Virus record (IMG/VR): IMGVR_UViG_3300033997_000478
Location: 1-64,000 of that record
Direction: 5' to 3' (one strand)
DNA length: 64,000 bases
The notes beneath the pieces were generated by a model. That model was not told the origin of the DNA and made no database searches. It worked only from the letters and a program-made list of their open reading frames with translations. Below, piece by piece: positions 1-9,948 of the stretch. Every line of letters starts with the position of its first letter. Positions within the stretch are counted from its first letter, which is position 1. Made by a program: the position numbers and the translations under genes.

Positions 1-2895
1 GAGATCACCATCGTGGTGGAGAACTACGCACTGCTCAACCACCTCTACCGCTACCCGATCAACTACTTCCGCCAGTACTACATGTGGTGGAACGTGCAGG
101 CAGCACTGTGGAAGAACGTTGGCCGCATCACTGACTCCTACCCGCAACGGAATCAGTACCTGCGTGTCAACCTGCCCACCATCCTGCCGCCGATGAACAT
201 CCTGCGTCGCGGCGAAGGTGAGATGACCCGCACCCTGCTGCCCAACTTCGTTGAGCCAGAAGCGCTGTTCATTCTGGAGATCTGGAAGTGGCTGGGCGAG
301 CGCCGTGAGAACTCGGTACTGTCCAAGGTCTCCCCGGAATCGCTGCGTCAGATGAACATCATGTTCGTCGATGGCGACCGCTGGATCATGCTCAACCTGG
401 GACTGCTGGATCAGTGGCGTAAGGCACCGGGTGCTGAACTCACTGAAGACAGCGATCCGTCCAAGGTCAAGGGCGTGCTCGATGCAGTGCCGCTGCAGAA
501 GCGTTTCCTGCGCATGCTGATGACCTTGATGGACAACCGTCTGTCCAAGGAAGAAGCTGCTCAGGTCACCGCACAGATCGACACGGCAGCGGTGCCCACC
601 GAGATCCCGGCTGATAGCCCGGCCGGTGAACCGGTACAGACCGACATCGTCACTGCACGTGCCGAACCGGTCAAGCTGGACATCACCAATGCCGACGGCA
701 GCGTCTCCAAGGTCAAGCTCACCTCGAGCCTGAATCTGGATCGCCTGCCCGAGCAGCTGATCGAAGAAACCGAAGCCAATGCCAAGCGCATTGACGAGGC
801 CATTACCCGCGACCTGGAAGCACTGGAGCACATCGCTGCGCGCTACCAGGAAACCCGTACGGCCGAAGGTGCTGAAGACGCCCCCGAGGCGGTGGAACCC
901 AGCACTGAGGCTGGTAGTTTCATCAAGTACGATCCGGAAGACCGTACGCTCACCTCCGGGGTGATGAACATCGTCAATCAGCAAGCTGACGCCGGCATGA
1001 TCTCTGGTGCCGAGTACCGTCGCATGCAGGCGCTGGCCGATGCGTACACCCGCCTGCCCAATCCCTTCGGTGAGGGTCAGCTGGTGGATATGCTGGACAT
1101 CCCCAAGGATGATCTGGTTCTGCATCCGGAAGAAGTGGCGCCGAATCTGCCGACCGTGCCGGACAAGTCCATGCTCTCCTCGGTGGTGGCCTCCTATGAC
1201 CGCCAGTACCTGCGCAACGTACTGCCCAAGGACATCGTTCGTTCGGTGTTGTCGGTGCAGAATGCAGGCGTGGCCGTTACCGGTTTCCAGATGGAGGAGT
1301 ACCGTGACGCGCTGAGTAACTATCAGCAGTTCTCGGTCAACCTGACCCCGGTGGTGGGCAAGCCTTCCACGGTTCACTTCAAGCTGCCGGTCGTTGATGA
1401 CGATGGCACCTACACCGATAACGGCACCCGTCTGCGTCTGCGCAAGCAGCGCGGTGACATGCCGATCCGTAAGGTGGCGCCCAACCGCGTGGCGCTGACC
1501 AGCTACTACAACAAGGTCTTCATCAATCGAAGCGAGAAGAAGGCGTACACCTATTCGGATTGGTTGCTCAACCAAGTCGCTGCGCGCGCAGCCGACGAAG
1601 AGAACCCCTCCATCGTTTCGGCGATGATGGCCGATGTGTGTGACCACACCATCCTCTTGCCGCGACTGTACATGATCTTCGCCAGTCGTTTCCGCTCGTT
1701 CACCGTCTTCCACGAAGAGCGTCCGCTCAACTTCTTCTTCGACTACCATGCCCGCAAGGCTATGTTCGGCGAAGACGCGGTCGCCGCAGCGGAAAGTAAT
1801 GGTCTGGTGGTCTGTGGTCGCGTGGGCGACAACCTGCTGGTCATCGACAACACCGGAGCTGTCTACGAATCGCAAGGTCTGGAAACCCGTACCTTGGGTC
1901 CGCTGACCACCCTGCTGGACATTACCGGCAAGGCTCCGACGGAGATGGCCGAGATCAAGGTCTTGGGCAAGCTGATCCCGCTGGGTGTTGTACTGGCTTA
2001 CTACCTGGGTCTGAACGAACTGCTGCGCCTGCTGGGCGTGACGCCACGTCGCATCCCCACCGGTACCCGTGCTTATCTGGCCGATGATGAAATCGCCCTG
2101 CGCTTTGAAGATGAGATGTTGGCCATCCCGGCTGACAACGGCGTGCGTTCGATGTTGCTGACCGGCCTGGCTGCTTTTGAAAAGAGCACCCGTAACTACC
2201 CGGTCGCCCTGTTCAATCGCCGCGAGATCTACTTCAACGTGCTGGAGCAGTCCGGCTACGGCGGCCGCTACCTGCGTGAACTGGATCTGCTGCGCGACAT
2301 GTTCGTTGATCCGATCACCGCTGAGCTGCTGGAGGAAATGAAGGAGCCGACCGAGTGGATTGGTCTGCTGCTGCGTTCGTGCCAGTTGCTGGAAACGGAG
2401 TGGGCTCCGGATGAAACCGACATGGCCTACATGCGCATCAAGGGCTACGAGCGTTTTGCTGGCGCCATCTATGGCGAGCTGGTCAAGGCGATCCGTGTCC
2501 AGCGTTCGCGTGGTTCGGTAGCGCGTGCCAAGATCGACATGCACCCCCATGCGGTGTGGACCTCACTGCGCGAAGACCCGGCGGTGAAGATGGTGGAAGA
2601 ATCCAATCCCGTGCACAACCTGCGCGAGCGTGAGGAAGTCACCTTCTCCGGCACCGGTGGTCGTTCCAATCGTTCGATGGTTGGTCGTGCGCGCGTGTTC
2701 CATGAAAACGACATCGGCCTGATCTCTGAGTCCACCAAGGACTCCGGCGACGTGGCCATCACCACTTTCATGACTGCCAACCCGACCCTGATCAACGTGC
2801 GCGGCACCAGCCGCCGTTTTGAAGAAGGTAAGGACGGTGCTGCTTCGATCATGTCTTCACCGGCAATCCTCTCGCCGTGTGCGGATAACGATGAT
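1..2895 (+). CDS. Virion RNA polymerase beta-like subunit (phiKZ gp178-like), exon 1; gene begins upstream of the window
   Basis: Frame is open from base 1. RpoB-like motifs near the end (REEVTFSGTGGRS, GLISESTKDSGDV, SPCADNDD). Joined to 4226 it reads PCADNDD-GKRVNF, matching bacterial RpoB PFLEHDDANRALM. It lies upstream of the head protease, as in phiKZ. Confidence 0.92.
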
Positions 2896-4225
2896 TAATG
2901 GTTCTATTGAATACCTGTTAAGTTAACACTCCTATCTTATGGATGAGAGGAGATTGAGAGATGAAAAATTTGAGGTTCTTGCCGGGGTTGAGTAAATACG
3001 GCTTTAGCGAAAGTGGCCGTATATTCAGCTTCCGCACACACCGGTGGTTGAAGTACAGTAAAGACACAAATGGGTACTTCACCCTACTGCTGATAAATGA
3101 TGACGGGGTTTCATCCCGATACCTCCGACATCGGTTACTGGCACGACTATTTTTGGGCGAACCCAATTCACCCGAATTGCTAGTTAATCACAAAAACGGC
3201 ATAAAGGGCGATGATCGCATCGATAATCTTGAGTGGGTATCACCAACCGAGAATGTCGAGCATGCGGGGGCAATGGGCCTCACACCCAAATGCTTTCCTA
3301 TTTCTGTTCGCCATGTATCAGACGGCACGATCCACCACTACCCAAGCGCTGTCGCAGCGGCGCGCGCTCTCGGCATGAGTAAAGATGCGATCCTGTGGAG
3401 GATTCATGGCGACCCCGACGCCGTCTATCCTGAAGGACGTCAGTATCGTAAGCGCGATGATAATGCAACCTGGTTAACCGGACCTCGTAAAAATGGGCGA
3501 TCGGTGGTTACCCTCATGCGCGACATTCAAACCGGTGACGTTCTACGTTTCGAGCAGCAGGGGAAAGTGGCTGAGTTACTCTCATTGAGTTTGGCGGCCG
3601 TCAACAAGGCAGCCGGCGATGGGAGGCAGCGGTTACTTCATTCTAGGTATCTCTTGAAGCTAGAGGGAGATCCGACCCCATGGCGCGAGATCTCCAACCC
3701 AATGTTGGAAGGGGTGGGGTGTTGTGTGGTTGTCACACACGCTTCAACCGGCAATACACAGACCTTTAACACAGCCAAGGAGTGCGCTGAGGTGATGGGT
3801 CTGAAAGCAACAACTCTCAATGAACGACTTAACAAGGGCGGGCAACGTATCTATGCCGACGGGTACAGCTACAGCCGCCTGTAGAATCCTAGTCCATCTT
3901 CTAGGCGACTAGAAGAATGAATGTCCTTTAATTGCTGGAAACCCCTTAGAGCCACGCTACCACTGCGAGACGAAAGTCAAAGCCACTCCGTAAGGAGGTA
4001 CCCGTCCGTCAGGGCGAGTATGGTTAGAAAAGTGCGTGGATTGGGCAATCAGCAGCCAAGCTCCGTGTAGGAGAAGGTTCAACGACTAAGGCCTTATCAG
4101 CCTGTAGGGTCAAGTGGCCCGAAATGGGGACCCTCTCTCGAAGAGGAAGATATAGTCTCGTCTGCATGGAAACATGCAGCCGCCTTAGGGCGGGTGGTGT
4201 CTAACGAACACCATCGAAGATAACG
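2896..4225 (+). mobile_element. Group I intron in the vRNAP beta gene (boundaries +/-1 nt)
   Basis: Exon ends in U followed by an in-frame TAA. Core elements: AATTGCTGGAAAC (~3930), GGCAATCAGCAG (~4044), GTTCAACGACTA (~4077), AAGATATAGTCT (~4147); GACTA/TAGTC can pair as P7. GNRA-capped hairpin TCTTCTAG-GCGA-CTAGAAGA at ~3897-3916. Intron ends in G (ATAACG). Removing it restores the reading frame. Confidence 0.93.
2961..3884 (+). CDS. Intron-encoded HNH homing endonuclease (NUMOD4-like N-terminus, HNH core, NUMOD1-like repeats)
   Basis: VNHKNGIKGDDRIDNLEWVSPTENVEHA HNH motif; three repeats of the type YPSAVAAARALG / FEQQGKVAELLS / FNTAKECAEVMG; AGGAG RBS; codon usage less biased than the host gene. 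Confidence 0.92.
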   Translation: MKNLRFLPGLSKYGFSESGRIFSFRTHRWLKYSKDTNGYFTLLLINDDGVSSRYLRHRLLARLFLGEPNSPELLVNHKNGIKGDDRIDNLEWVSPTENVEHAGAMGLTPKCFPISVRHVSDGTIHHYPSAVAAARALGMSKDAILWRIHGDPDAVYPEGRQYRKRDDNATWLTGPRKNGRSVVTLMRDIQTGDVLRFEQQGKVAELLSLSLAAVNKAAGDGRQRLLHSRYLLKLEGDPTPWREISNPMLEGVGCCVVVTHASTGNTQTFNTAKECAEVMGLKATTLNERLNKGGQRIYADGYSYSRL

Positions 4226-5350
4226 GGCAAGCGCGTGAACTTCATTCCGATCCAGCACTCCTCCGGTACGTTCTGCAAGGGCGCCAAGCCCACGCCGCTG
4301 CATACCGGTGCCGACATGGTCATGGCCCACCGCACCGATCGTGCGTTCTCGGTGCCGGCCATCAAGGACGGTGTGGTGACCTCGCTGAATGAACGCGGCA
4401 TGGTGGTGACCTACGAAGACGGTACGACCGAGAACATCGCCCTGGGCCGTCGTTACGGCAAGGCGCAAGGTCTGTACTTCCCGCAGAACCTGACCACCCA
4501 GCTGGAGTTGAACCAGCCGGTCAAGGTGGGTGACATCATCGCCTACAACGACCGCTACTTCCAGCCGGACCGCATGGTCAAGAACCAAGTGGTGTGGAAG
4601 GCGGGTCTGTTGGTGCTCACCGCACTGATGGAAACTCCCGACACCCTGGAAGACTCCTCGGTGATCTCCGCCGAAGTGGCGAAGGAACTGGAGACTGAAA
4701 TCACCTACATTCGCGACATCACTGTGCAGTTCAAACAGGCCGTTCATGGCCTGGTAGAACCGGGCCAGGTGGTGGACATCAACAGTATCCTATGTACGAT
4801 TGAGGACGCTGTGACGGCCGAAAATCAGCTGTTCGACGAGCCTTCGTTGGACATGTTGCGTCTGCTGTCGTCCAACACGCCGCGAGCCAAGTACAAGGGT
4901 GTGGTCGAAAAGGTCGAAGTGCTCTACCACGGTGACATGGACGATATGTCCGACACCCTGCAAGAGATCACTGCCCTGTCCGATCGTGAGCGTAAGCGAG
5001 CCGCCCGTGCCCTCCAACAACCGGCCGTTCTCGGCCGCGTCAACGAGTCGGCACGTATCCAAGGTAAGCCTCTGCCGGTGGATTCCTTGGTCATTCGCGT
5101 GTACATCACCAGCCCCACGGCTGCCGGTGTCGGCGATAAGGGCGTGTTCGCCAACCAGATGAAGACCATCTTCGGCCGCGTCATGAATGGGCGCAACGAA
5201 ACTGCCGATGGTCGTCCGCTGGGTGCGATCTTCAGTTACCAGAGTCTGTCCAACCGTATCGTGCTCTCCCCAGAGAAGATCGGTTTGACCAATTCGCTTC
5301 TGATTGAAATTTCCAAACGCGCCGCCAAGGCGTATCGAGGCAACCGATGA
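4226..5350 (+). CDS. Virion RNA polymerase beta-like subunit, exon 2
   Basis: GKRVNFIPIQH continues exon 1; RpoB-like motifs LEDSSVIS and GVGDKGVFANQMK. Confidence 0.92.
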   Translation, partial: GKRVNFIPIQHSSGTFCKGAKPTPLHTGADMVMAHRTDRAFSVPAIKDGVVTSLNERGMVVTYEDGTTENIALGRRYGKAQGLYFPQNLTTQLELNQPVKVGDIIAYNDRYFQPDRMVKNQVVWKAGLLVLTALMETPDTLEDSSVISAEVAKELETEITYIRDITVQFKQAVHGLVEPGQVVDINSILCTIEDAVTAENQLFDEPSLDMLRLLSSNTPRAKYKGVVEKVEVLYHGDMDDMSDTLQEITALSDRERKRAARALQQPAVLGRVNESARIQGKPLPVDSLVIRVYITSPTAAGVGDKGVFANQMKTIFGRVMNGRNETADGRPLGAIFSYQSLSNRIVLSPEKIGLTNSLLIEISKRAAKAYRGNR

Positions 5351-5568
5351 GTGACTTCAAACAATCCCTGATCCGTGCCAACACGCCCATCATTGCCAAT
5401 GCCCTGGAACTGGGTGCTGCGGCTATCATGGACGTTTCGGGCAACGAGATTTCCAACCACGTGGACGGCCGGGAAGTGACCCCGGCCTTCCTGCAATCGG
5501 CGCTGGGTCGTAGCCTGAAGCACAACCTGCTTCACCACAACCCCAAGCCCACCAAGAGCTGGAGCTGA
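5347..5568 (+). CDS. Hypothetical protein, 73 aa
   Basis: ATGA overlap with the upstream gene; core-like codon bias. Confidence 0.75.
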   Translation: MSDFKQSLIRANTPIIANALELGAAAIMDVSGNEISNHVDGREVTPAFLQSALGRSLKHNLLHHNPKPTKSWS

Positions 5569-5571
5569 TCG

Positions 5572-6996
5572 ATGTCGCTGACCAAAACCTCCCTGGGCCT
5601 GGCCCACATGATCGCCAGCTCCCTGGCCGATCAGAACGTGGAACTGGGTACCGTGCCCAACACCAGTGTGGACGAGCTGACCCGCCTGTCCACCGGCGTG
5701 CTGGAGATGCAGGAAAGCATCCATCCGGCAGGCCGTGCCAACGTCACCATGCTGTCCATGGCTGACGCACTGGAAGCCGGCGCTTCGGCCACCACCGATG
5801 AAGAGCACTACCCGCACAGCGGCGCGATGGCACGCTTTGCCCAGAACGCCGGCCGTGTCCTGGCCTCGACCCTGGACCTGACCCAGAACAAGGTCACCCC
5901 GATGATCGGCCGTGTGGTCGAAGCCATCAACCAGACCGTGACTGAGCGCCTGCAAGGCATGGACTCCCCGCTGACCTTGGTCGAGCGTAAGGACGATCCG
6001 ATGCTGTCCTCGCATTACCTGCAGGAGAACGTGGCACGCTACGCCGGCTATCCGAGCGGCATGCGTCTGCGCAACTTCGGCCTGGGTGCATGCAGCTGGA
6101 ACCTGGCCGCCACCGGCCACTCGGGCATGGACAGCGAAGTGGCTGAGTTCACCAACCGCGTCGGTCAGGAAAAGATCAACTGGGTGTGCAACGCACTGTT
6201 CAACGGTGGCGCTGCCAACAGCTCGGAGATCTACGGCCTGGCTGATCAGTTCGAGAACTCGGTCATCGCCTACTTCCTGGCCATCCAGGGCCTGACCAAC
6301 GTTCCGGACGGCATCAACTGCTCGCTGGAAGAGTGGAACAGCTACTGCTCGCAGATCGTCAGCACCGCCGGTGCGGCCATCTCTTACGTGATGTCCCGTC
6401 GCGACAAGGTCAACTCCACCGGTCTGCTGGTCGTGAGCGCCCCGCTCAGCGGCGCCACCAGTGGCGTGATCGAAGTCAATGCTGCCCGCTACGCCGACTA
6501 CCTGGCTCAAGGCGGTACCGTCGAAGCGCTGTACGGCTCGTTCTACGAGCGCGGCAACTTCGAGCCGGGTTACCTGCTGGCCAACCAGGAACGGCTGACC
6601 AAGGACTGGGAGAACAGCCTGGCCCTGTGGAAGACCCAGCTGGTCGGTGCTCGCCTGGACGCCATGATCGCCGCCACCACTGCCGTGCTCACCGCCGAGA
6701 TCAACGCGATCCCGGAAGAAGAACTGGTCGGTTCGCGTGAAGCCTACCACGCTCGCCTGCGCGAGCGCATGGGTCATGCCAAGGCGCGCGACTTCGACAA
6801 CATGTGGCACTTCGCTCGCAAGGCGGTCTGCCGCGTGATCTTCCCGCACACCGACGCCGAAGTGCTGCTGCTGGGCGTTGAGCAGCAGGAGAAGATCTAT
6901 CCGGGTACTCCGGTGCGTGAGCTGGCCCTGCGTGCGGCCGTGGACCTGATGGGTGCATGGCTGGCTGAGCAGATCGTCACCACGGTCGTCAAGTAA
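5572..6996 (+). CDS. Probable virion structural protein (phiKZ gp177-like by position)
   Basis: 474 aa, strong codon bias, between the vRNAP gene and the protease; function inferred from synteny only. Confidence 0.6.
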   Translation: MSLTKTSLGLAHMIASSLADQNVELGTVPNTSVDELTRLSTGVLEMQESIHPAGRANVTMLSMADALEAGASATTDEEHYPHSGAMARFAQNAGRVLASTLDLTQNKVTPMIGRVVEAINQTVTERLQGMDSPLTLVERKDDPMLSSHYLQENVARYAGYPSGMRLRNFGLGACSWNLAATGHSGMDSEVAEFTNRVGQEKINWVCNALFNGGAANSSEIYGLADQFENSVIAYFLAIQGLTNVPDGINCSLEEWNSYCSQIVSTAGAAISYVMSRRDKVNSTGLLVVSAPLSGATSGVIEVNAARYADYLAQGGTVEALYGSFYERGNFEPGYLLANQERLTKDWENSLALWKTQLVGARLDAMIAATTAVLTAEINAIPEEELVGSREAYHARLRERMGHAKARDFDNMWHFARKAVCRVIFPHTDAEVLLLGVEQQEKIYPGTPVRELALRAAVDLMGAWLAEQIVTTVVK

Positions 6997-7006
6997 GGCC
7001 TGAGTC

Positions 7007-7732
7007 GTGAATCCCTCGACTTGGGTGCGCGATTGGGACAAGGTGAAGAAATGCCTTGTCACCAATGCCGACAAGTCGGTGATGACCACCAAGGCAGTCA
7101 AGATCTATATCCCGGAGCGATACCGGGAGAAGTCGCTGGCTGAAATCGGAACCGATACGTACATCCTTGGGATGTACGCCTTGGTGGTGGAAGACAAGTA
7201 CTACGCGGTGAGCAATGTCTGTGGCATGGTGCGAATCAAGCCCAGCTCCATTGCCACCGTGAAGTACGAGGGGGAGTCCTACTTGGAGTTCTCCTTTGAT
7301 CCGGGCAGTGTGGTCATTGCGACCACCTCCCTGGTGCGCGATGACGTTCTGGTCTACCGCATCTTCCACTACTTCATCGCCGGCGGTCGTGTTCCGTTCT
7401 ACATGGACTACGACGATGCCTGCCAGCTGTTCAAGACAGCCGACAAGCACGCCAACGTCCGGCTTGCCCGCTCCCGCCCCATTCTGGAAATGTTTGCTGC
7501 CACGATCTCCCGAGATCCGAAGAAGCGAACTGAGTACTACCGCCATTCGTTGCCGCAGGGCACTGAAGCGCCGACCTTTGGTCCGGCCTTTGTGGCCATG
7601 CGCGACGTAACCATGGGTCCGACCAACACGACAGCACGCCTGCAAGGTGCGTACTGGAATGATGCTCTGACCTCCGCGCTCGTCAACCCCAGCTCCCGAC
7701 CGGAGCGGTTCGAGCAACTTCTGCGCGCTTAA
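7007..7732 (+). CDS. Conserved jumbo-phage protein (gp176-like by position)
   Basis: 241 aa, immediately upstream of the protease. Confidence 0.6.
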   Translation: MNPSTWVRDWDKVKKCLVTNADKSVMTTKAVKIYIPERYREKSLAEIGTDTYILGMYALVVEDKYYAVSNVCGMVRIKPSSIATVKYEGESYLEFSFDPGSVVIATTSLVRDDVLVYRIFHYFIAGGRVPFYMDYDDACQLFKTADKHANVRLARSRPILEMFAATISRDPKKRTEYYRHSLPQGTEAPTFGPAFVAMRDVTMGPTNTTARLQGAYWNDALTSALVNPSSRPERFEQLLRA

Positions 7733-7744
7733 GGAAACAGGTCC

Positions 7745-8524
7745 ATGAGTTTTTCTCTTTCCTGTACCGCGCTGGTGGGCACCAACAAAGCTGGCACCCT
7801 CAAGCCGGATGCAGATGGCTATTACCAAGTGGTTCTGGGCGCACTGGACGTTTACAACAACACCGGTGCGTTCTACCCCGAGGCCACGGCCCGTCAACTG
7901 TTCCAAGCGTCCTCCTCGCTGATGCGCCGCATCGCCTCGGGTAACCTCCGCGGCGAGTACGGTCACCCCACCCCGGAACCGGGCATGTCCATGGATGCCT
8001 TCGTTGCGCGCGTTCGCCGCATCGACGAAGACCGCATCTGCATGCACATCCGCAAGGTGTGGATCGATTACTCCTTCAAGAACCTGAAGGGGCAGCCGAT
8101 CATTGCGATCCTCGGTGAAATCCGTCCGTCCGGCCCGCGTGGTCCGGCACTGAAGGACCAGCTGGAGAATCGCTTCGAGGACGTGTGTTTCTCCATTCGT
8201 TCGCTGACCCACGACTTCAACTCCGGTGGTCGCCTGACGAAGAACTTCAAGATGATCGTGACGTGGGACTACGTCAACGAACCGGGCCTGGATGTTGCAC
8301 GCAAGTGGAACTCCCCGGCCATGGAAAGTCTGAAGGAGCCAGTACTGGCCAAGCAGCTGGAAGAGCGTTTCATCATGCCCTTCCAGATCGCCAACATGGC
8401 CAAGACCCAAGGGCCGAACATGCTCGGCATGGAAAGCAACGGCGGCGTCTCGCTGGAGGAGATGGCCGAAGTCATGTCCGAAGTCGAGAAGGAAACCACC
8501 CCTCCGGCCTGGATGAATTGGTAA
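7745..8524 (+). CDS. Prohead (head maturation) serine protease, phiKZ gp175-like
   Basis: GEYGHP (His) and FSIRS (Ser) motifs, and VTWDYVNEPG, typical of T4 gp21/phiKZ gp175 proteases. Confidence 0.9.
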   Translation: MSFSLSCTALVGTNKAGTLKPDADGYYQVVLGALDVYNNTGAFYPEATARQLFQASSSLMRRIASGNLRGEYGHPTPEPGMSMDAFVARVRRIDEDRICMHIRKVWIDYSFKNLKGQPIIAILGEIRPSGPRGPALKDQLENRFEDVCFSIRSLTHDFNSGGRLTKNFKMIVTWDYVNEPGLDVARKWNSPAMESLKEPVLAKQLEERFIMPFQIANMAKTQGPNMLGMESNGGVSLEEMAEVMSEVEKETTPPAWMNW

Positions 8525-8608
8525 GGGCATTTCTGAAAAGAAATACACACCCTTACTATCTGAGTGAACTGTCATCCCGATAGACGCTCACCAACCAAGG
8601 AGCAACCC

Positions 8609-8887
8609 ATGCAGGACACCACCAGCTTCATCGAACGCGACGGCATGATCAGCGACAAGGACACCATGGCCGGTCAGACCACCGGTGATTGGATCGACCG
8701 CGAAGTCGTCGGCGGCTTCATCCGTGACAACGACACCCAGGCTGGCACGGCCGTGGGTGAAGGCATCAGCCTGGCCACCGAAACCATCGTCGACAACGGC
8801 GTCGAAGGCCTGAGTAACGGCTACGACGAAGGTATCACCGGCGTCGAAGATGTCATCAAGAACGACGCCTTCAACGTCGGCGGTTAA
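8609..8887 (+). CDS. Small acidic protein, 92 aa
   Basis: AAGGAG RBS before ATG 8609; strong codon bias; followed by a hairpin. Confidence 0.8.
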   Translation: MQDTTSFIERDGMISDKDTMAGQTTGDWIDREVVGGFIRDNDTQAGTAVGEGISLATETIVDNGVEGLSNGYDEGITGVEDVIKNDAFNVGG

Positions 8888-8895
8888 CCGCGCCT

Positions 8896-8938
8896 GCATA
8901 TCGCCCAGCTCCTGTTAAGGGAGCTGGGCTTTATGTCG
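8896..8938. terminator. GC hairpin flanked by GCATA ... TTATGTCG
   Basis: Stem GCCCAGCTCC/GGAGCTGGGC directly after the stop at 8887. Confidence 0.7.
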
Positions 8939-9007
8939 TCAAGTCGTCAATCTTTACACCGGGGTCTGATAGCTTGAACCATCCCCAACCACCAAGGAGT
9001 CATCTGA

Positions 9008-9427
9008 ATGGCATCTCTCAGCCGCCACGAAGTCAAAGAGCTGATCGCGAAGTTCAAGGAAAAGCACTTCCCCAAGTACAAGCCGGGGACCCAGTTGGTC
9101 GATCACATCGGTAACGGCGATACGCTGTACCCCGAGATCGGTCCACTGGAACACGAGCTGGACCACACCACCGGCCCGCTGGGTCCGTGTGTCAAGAACC
9201 GGGCGCGCATCCTCAAGCACTTCATCGAGATGCCGGCCGGGCCCGAGGTGTTGCAGATGTTCAACTTCGCCATGCATCGTGTCCGCTACGAAGGCGATGC
9301 CACGCGCGTGATCAAGCGCTTGCGCATCGACTGGACTGCGCACAAGAAGCAGCAGGACGAGCAGCTCAAGAAGCTGCCGAAGGTGATGGCCGAGATCAAC
9401 GAGGCCGAACGCCGCCTGTCGGCCTGA
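9008..9427 (+). CDS. Hypothetical protein, 139 aa
   Basis: AAGGAG RBS; biased codons; followed by a hairpin. Confidence 0.8.
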   Translation: MASLSRHEVKELIAKFKEKHFPKYKPGTQLVDHIGNGDTLYPEIGPLEHELDHTTGPLGPCVKNRARILKHFIEMPAGPEVLQMFNFAMHRVRYEGDATRVIKRLRIDWTAHKKQQDEQLKKLPKVMAEINEAERRLSA

Positions 9428-9476
9428 ACCACGGGCGGGAGGGCAACCTCCCGCTCTTATGCTCGCAAGGAATGAC

Positions 9477-9935
9477 ATGATTATCTCGGAACAACGGGAA
9501 GATCTGTTTCGGTGCCGTATGCAATGCCTGATATGTAGTGTTAATACGATCGGCGCCATGGGCAAGGGCATTGCAGTGGAGTTCCGCAATCGCGTACCGG
9601 GTCTCTACCGTTTCTACCAAGGCATCTACAACGACATCCCGCCCAACTACCACAAGATCCATCGTCTGGAAGTGTTTGACGTGGATGACAAGCGTAAGGT
9701 GTTGTTGTTTCCCACCAAAGACAACTGGCGCTTTCCGTCCAAGCTGCCAATGATCGATGCGAACCTGCGACAGCTCGCAGAACGCTACGAAGAATTCGGC
9801 ATCACCTCCATCGGCCTGCCCCTGATCGGGTGTGGGCACAACACCGGTCAGCTCAACTGGGAACAGCAGGTTCGTCCATTGGTTTATCAGCACTTGGACC
9901 CACTTCCCATTCCAGTCAAGATCTGCATCGGATAA
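9477..9935 (+). CDS. Macrodomain protein of the DarG/TARG1/Poa1p-like class (ADP-ribosyl hydrolase)
   Basis: Motifs VNTIGAMGKGIAVEF, LFPTKDNW, SIGLPLIGCG...LNW; AAGGA RBS 6 nt before ATG 9477. Confidence 0.85.
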   Translation: MIISEQREDLFRCRMQCLICSVNTIGAMGKGIAVEFRNRVPGLYRFYQGIYNDIPPNYHKIHRLEVFDVDDKRKVLLFPTKDNWRFPSKLPMIDANLRQLAERYEEFGITSIGLPLIGCGHNTGQLNWEQQVRPLVYQHLDPLPIPVKICIG

Positions 9936-9948
9936 CAAGGATTCAGCA

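Noticed and set aside
4097-4747. 216-aa minus-strand ORF spanning the intron 3' end
   Set aside because: Antisense to the intron core and exon 2; no supporting features.
5236-7101. 621-aa minus-strand ORF
   Set aside because: Antisense shadow of strongly GC3-biased plus-strand genes; no RBS or recognisable motifs.
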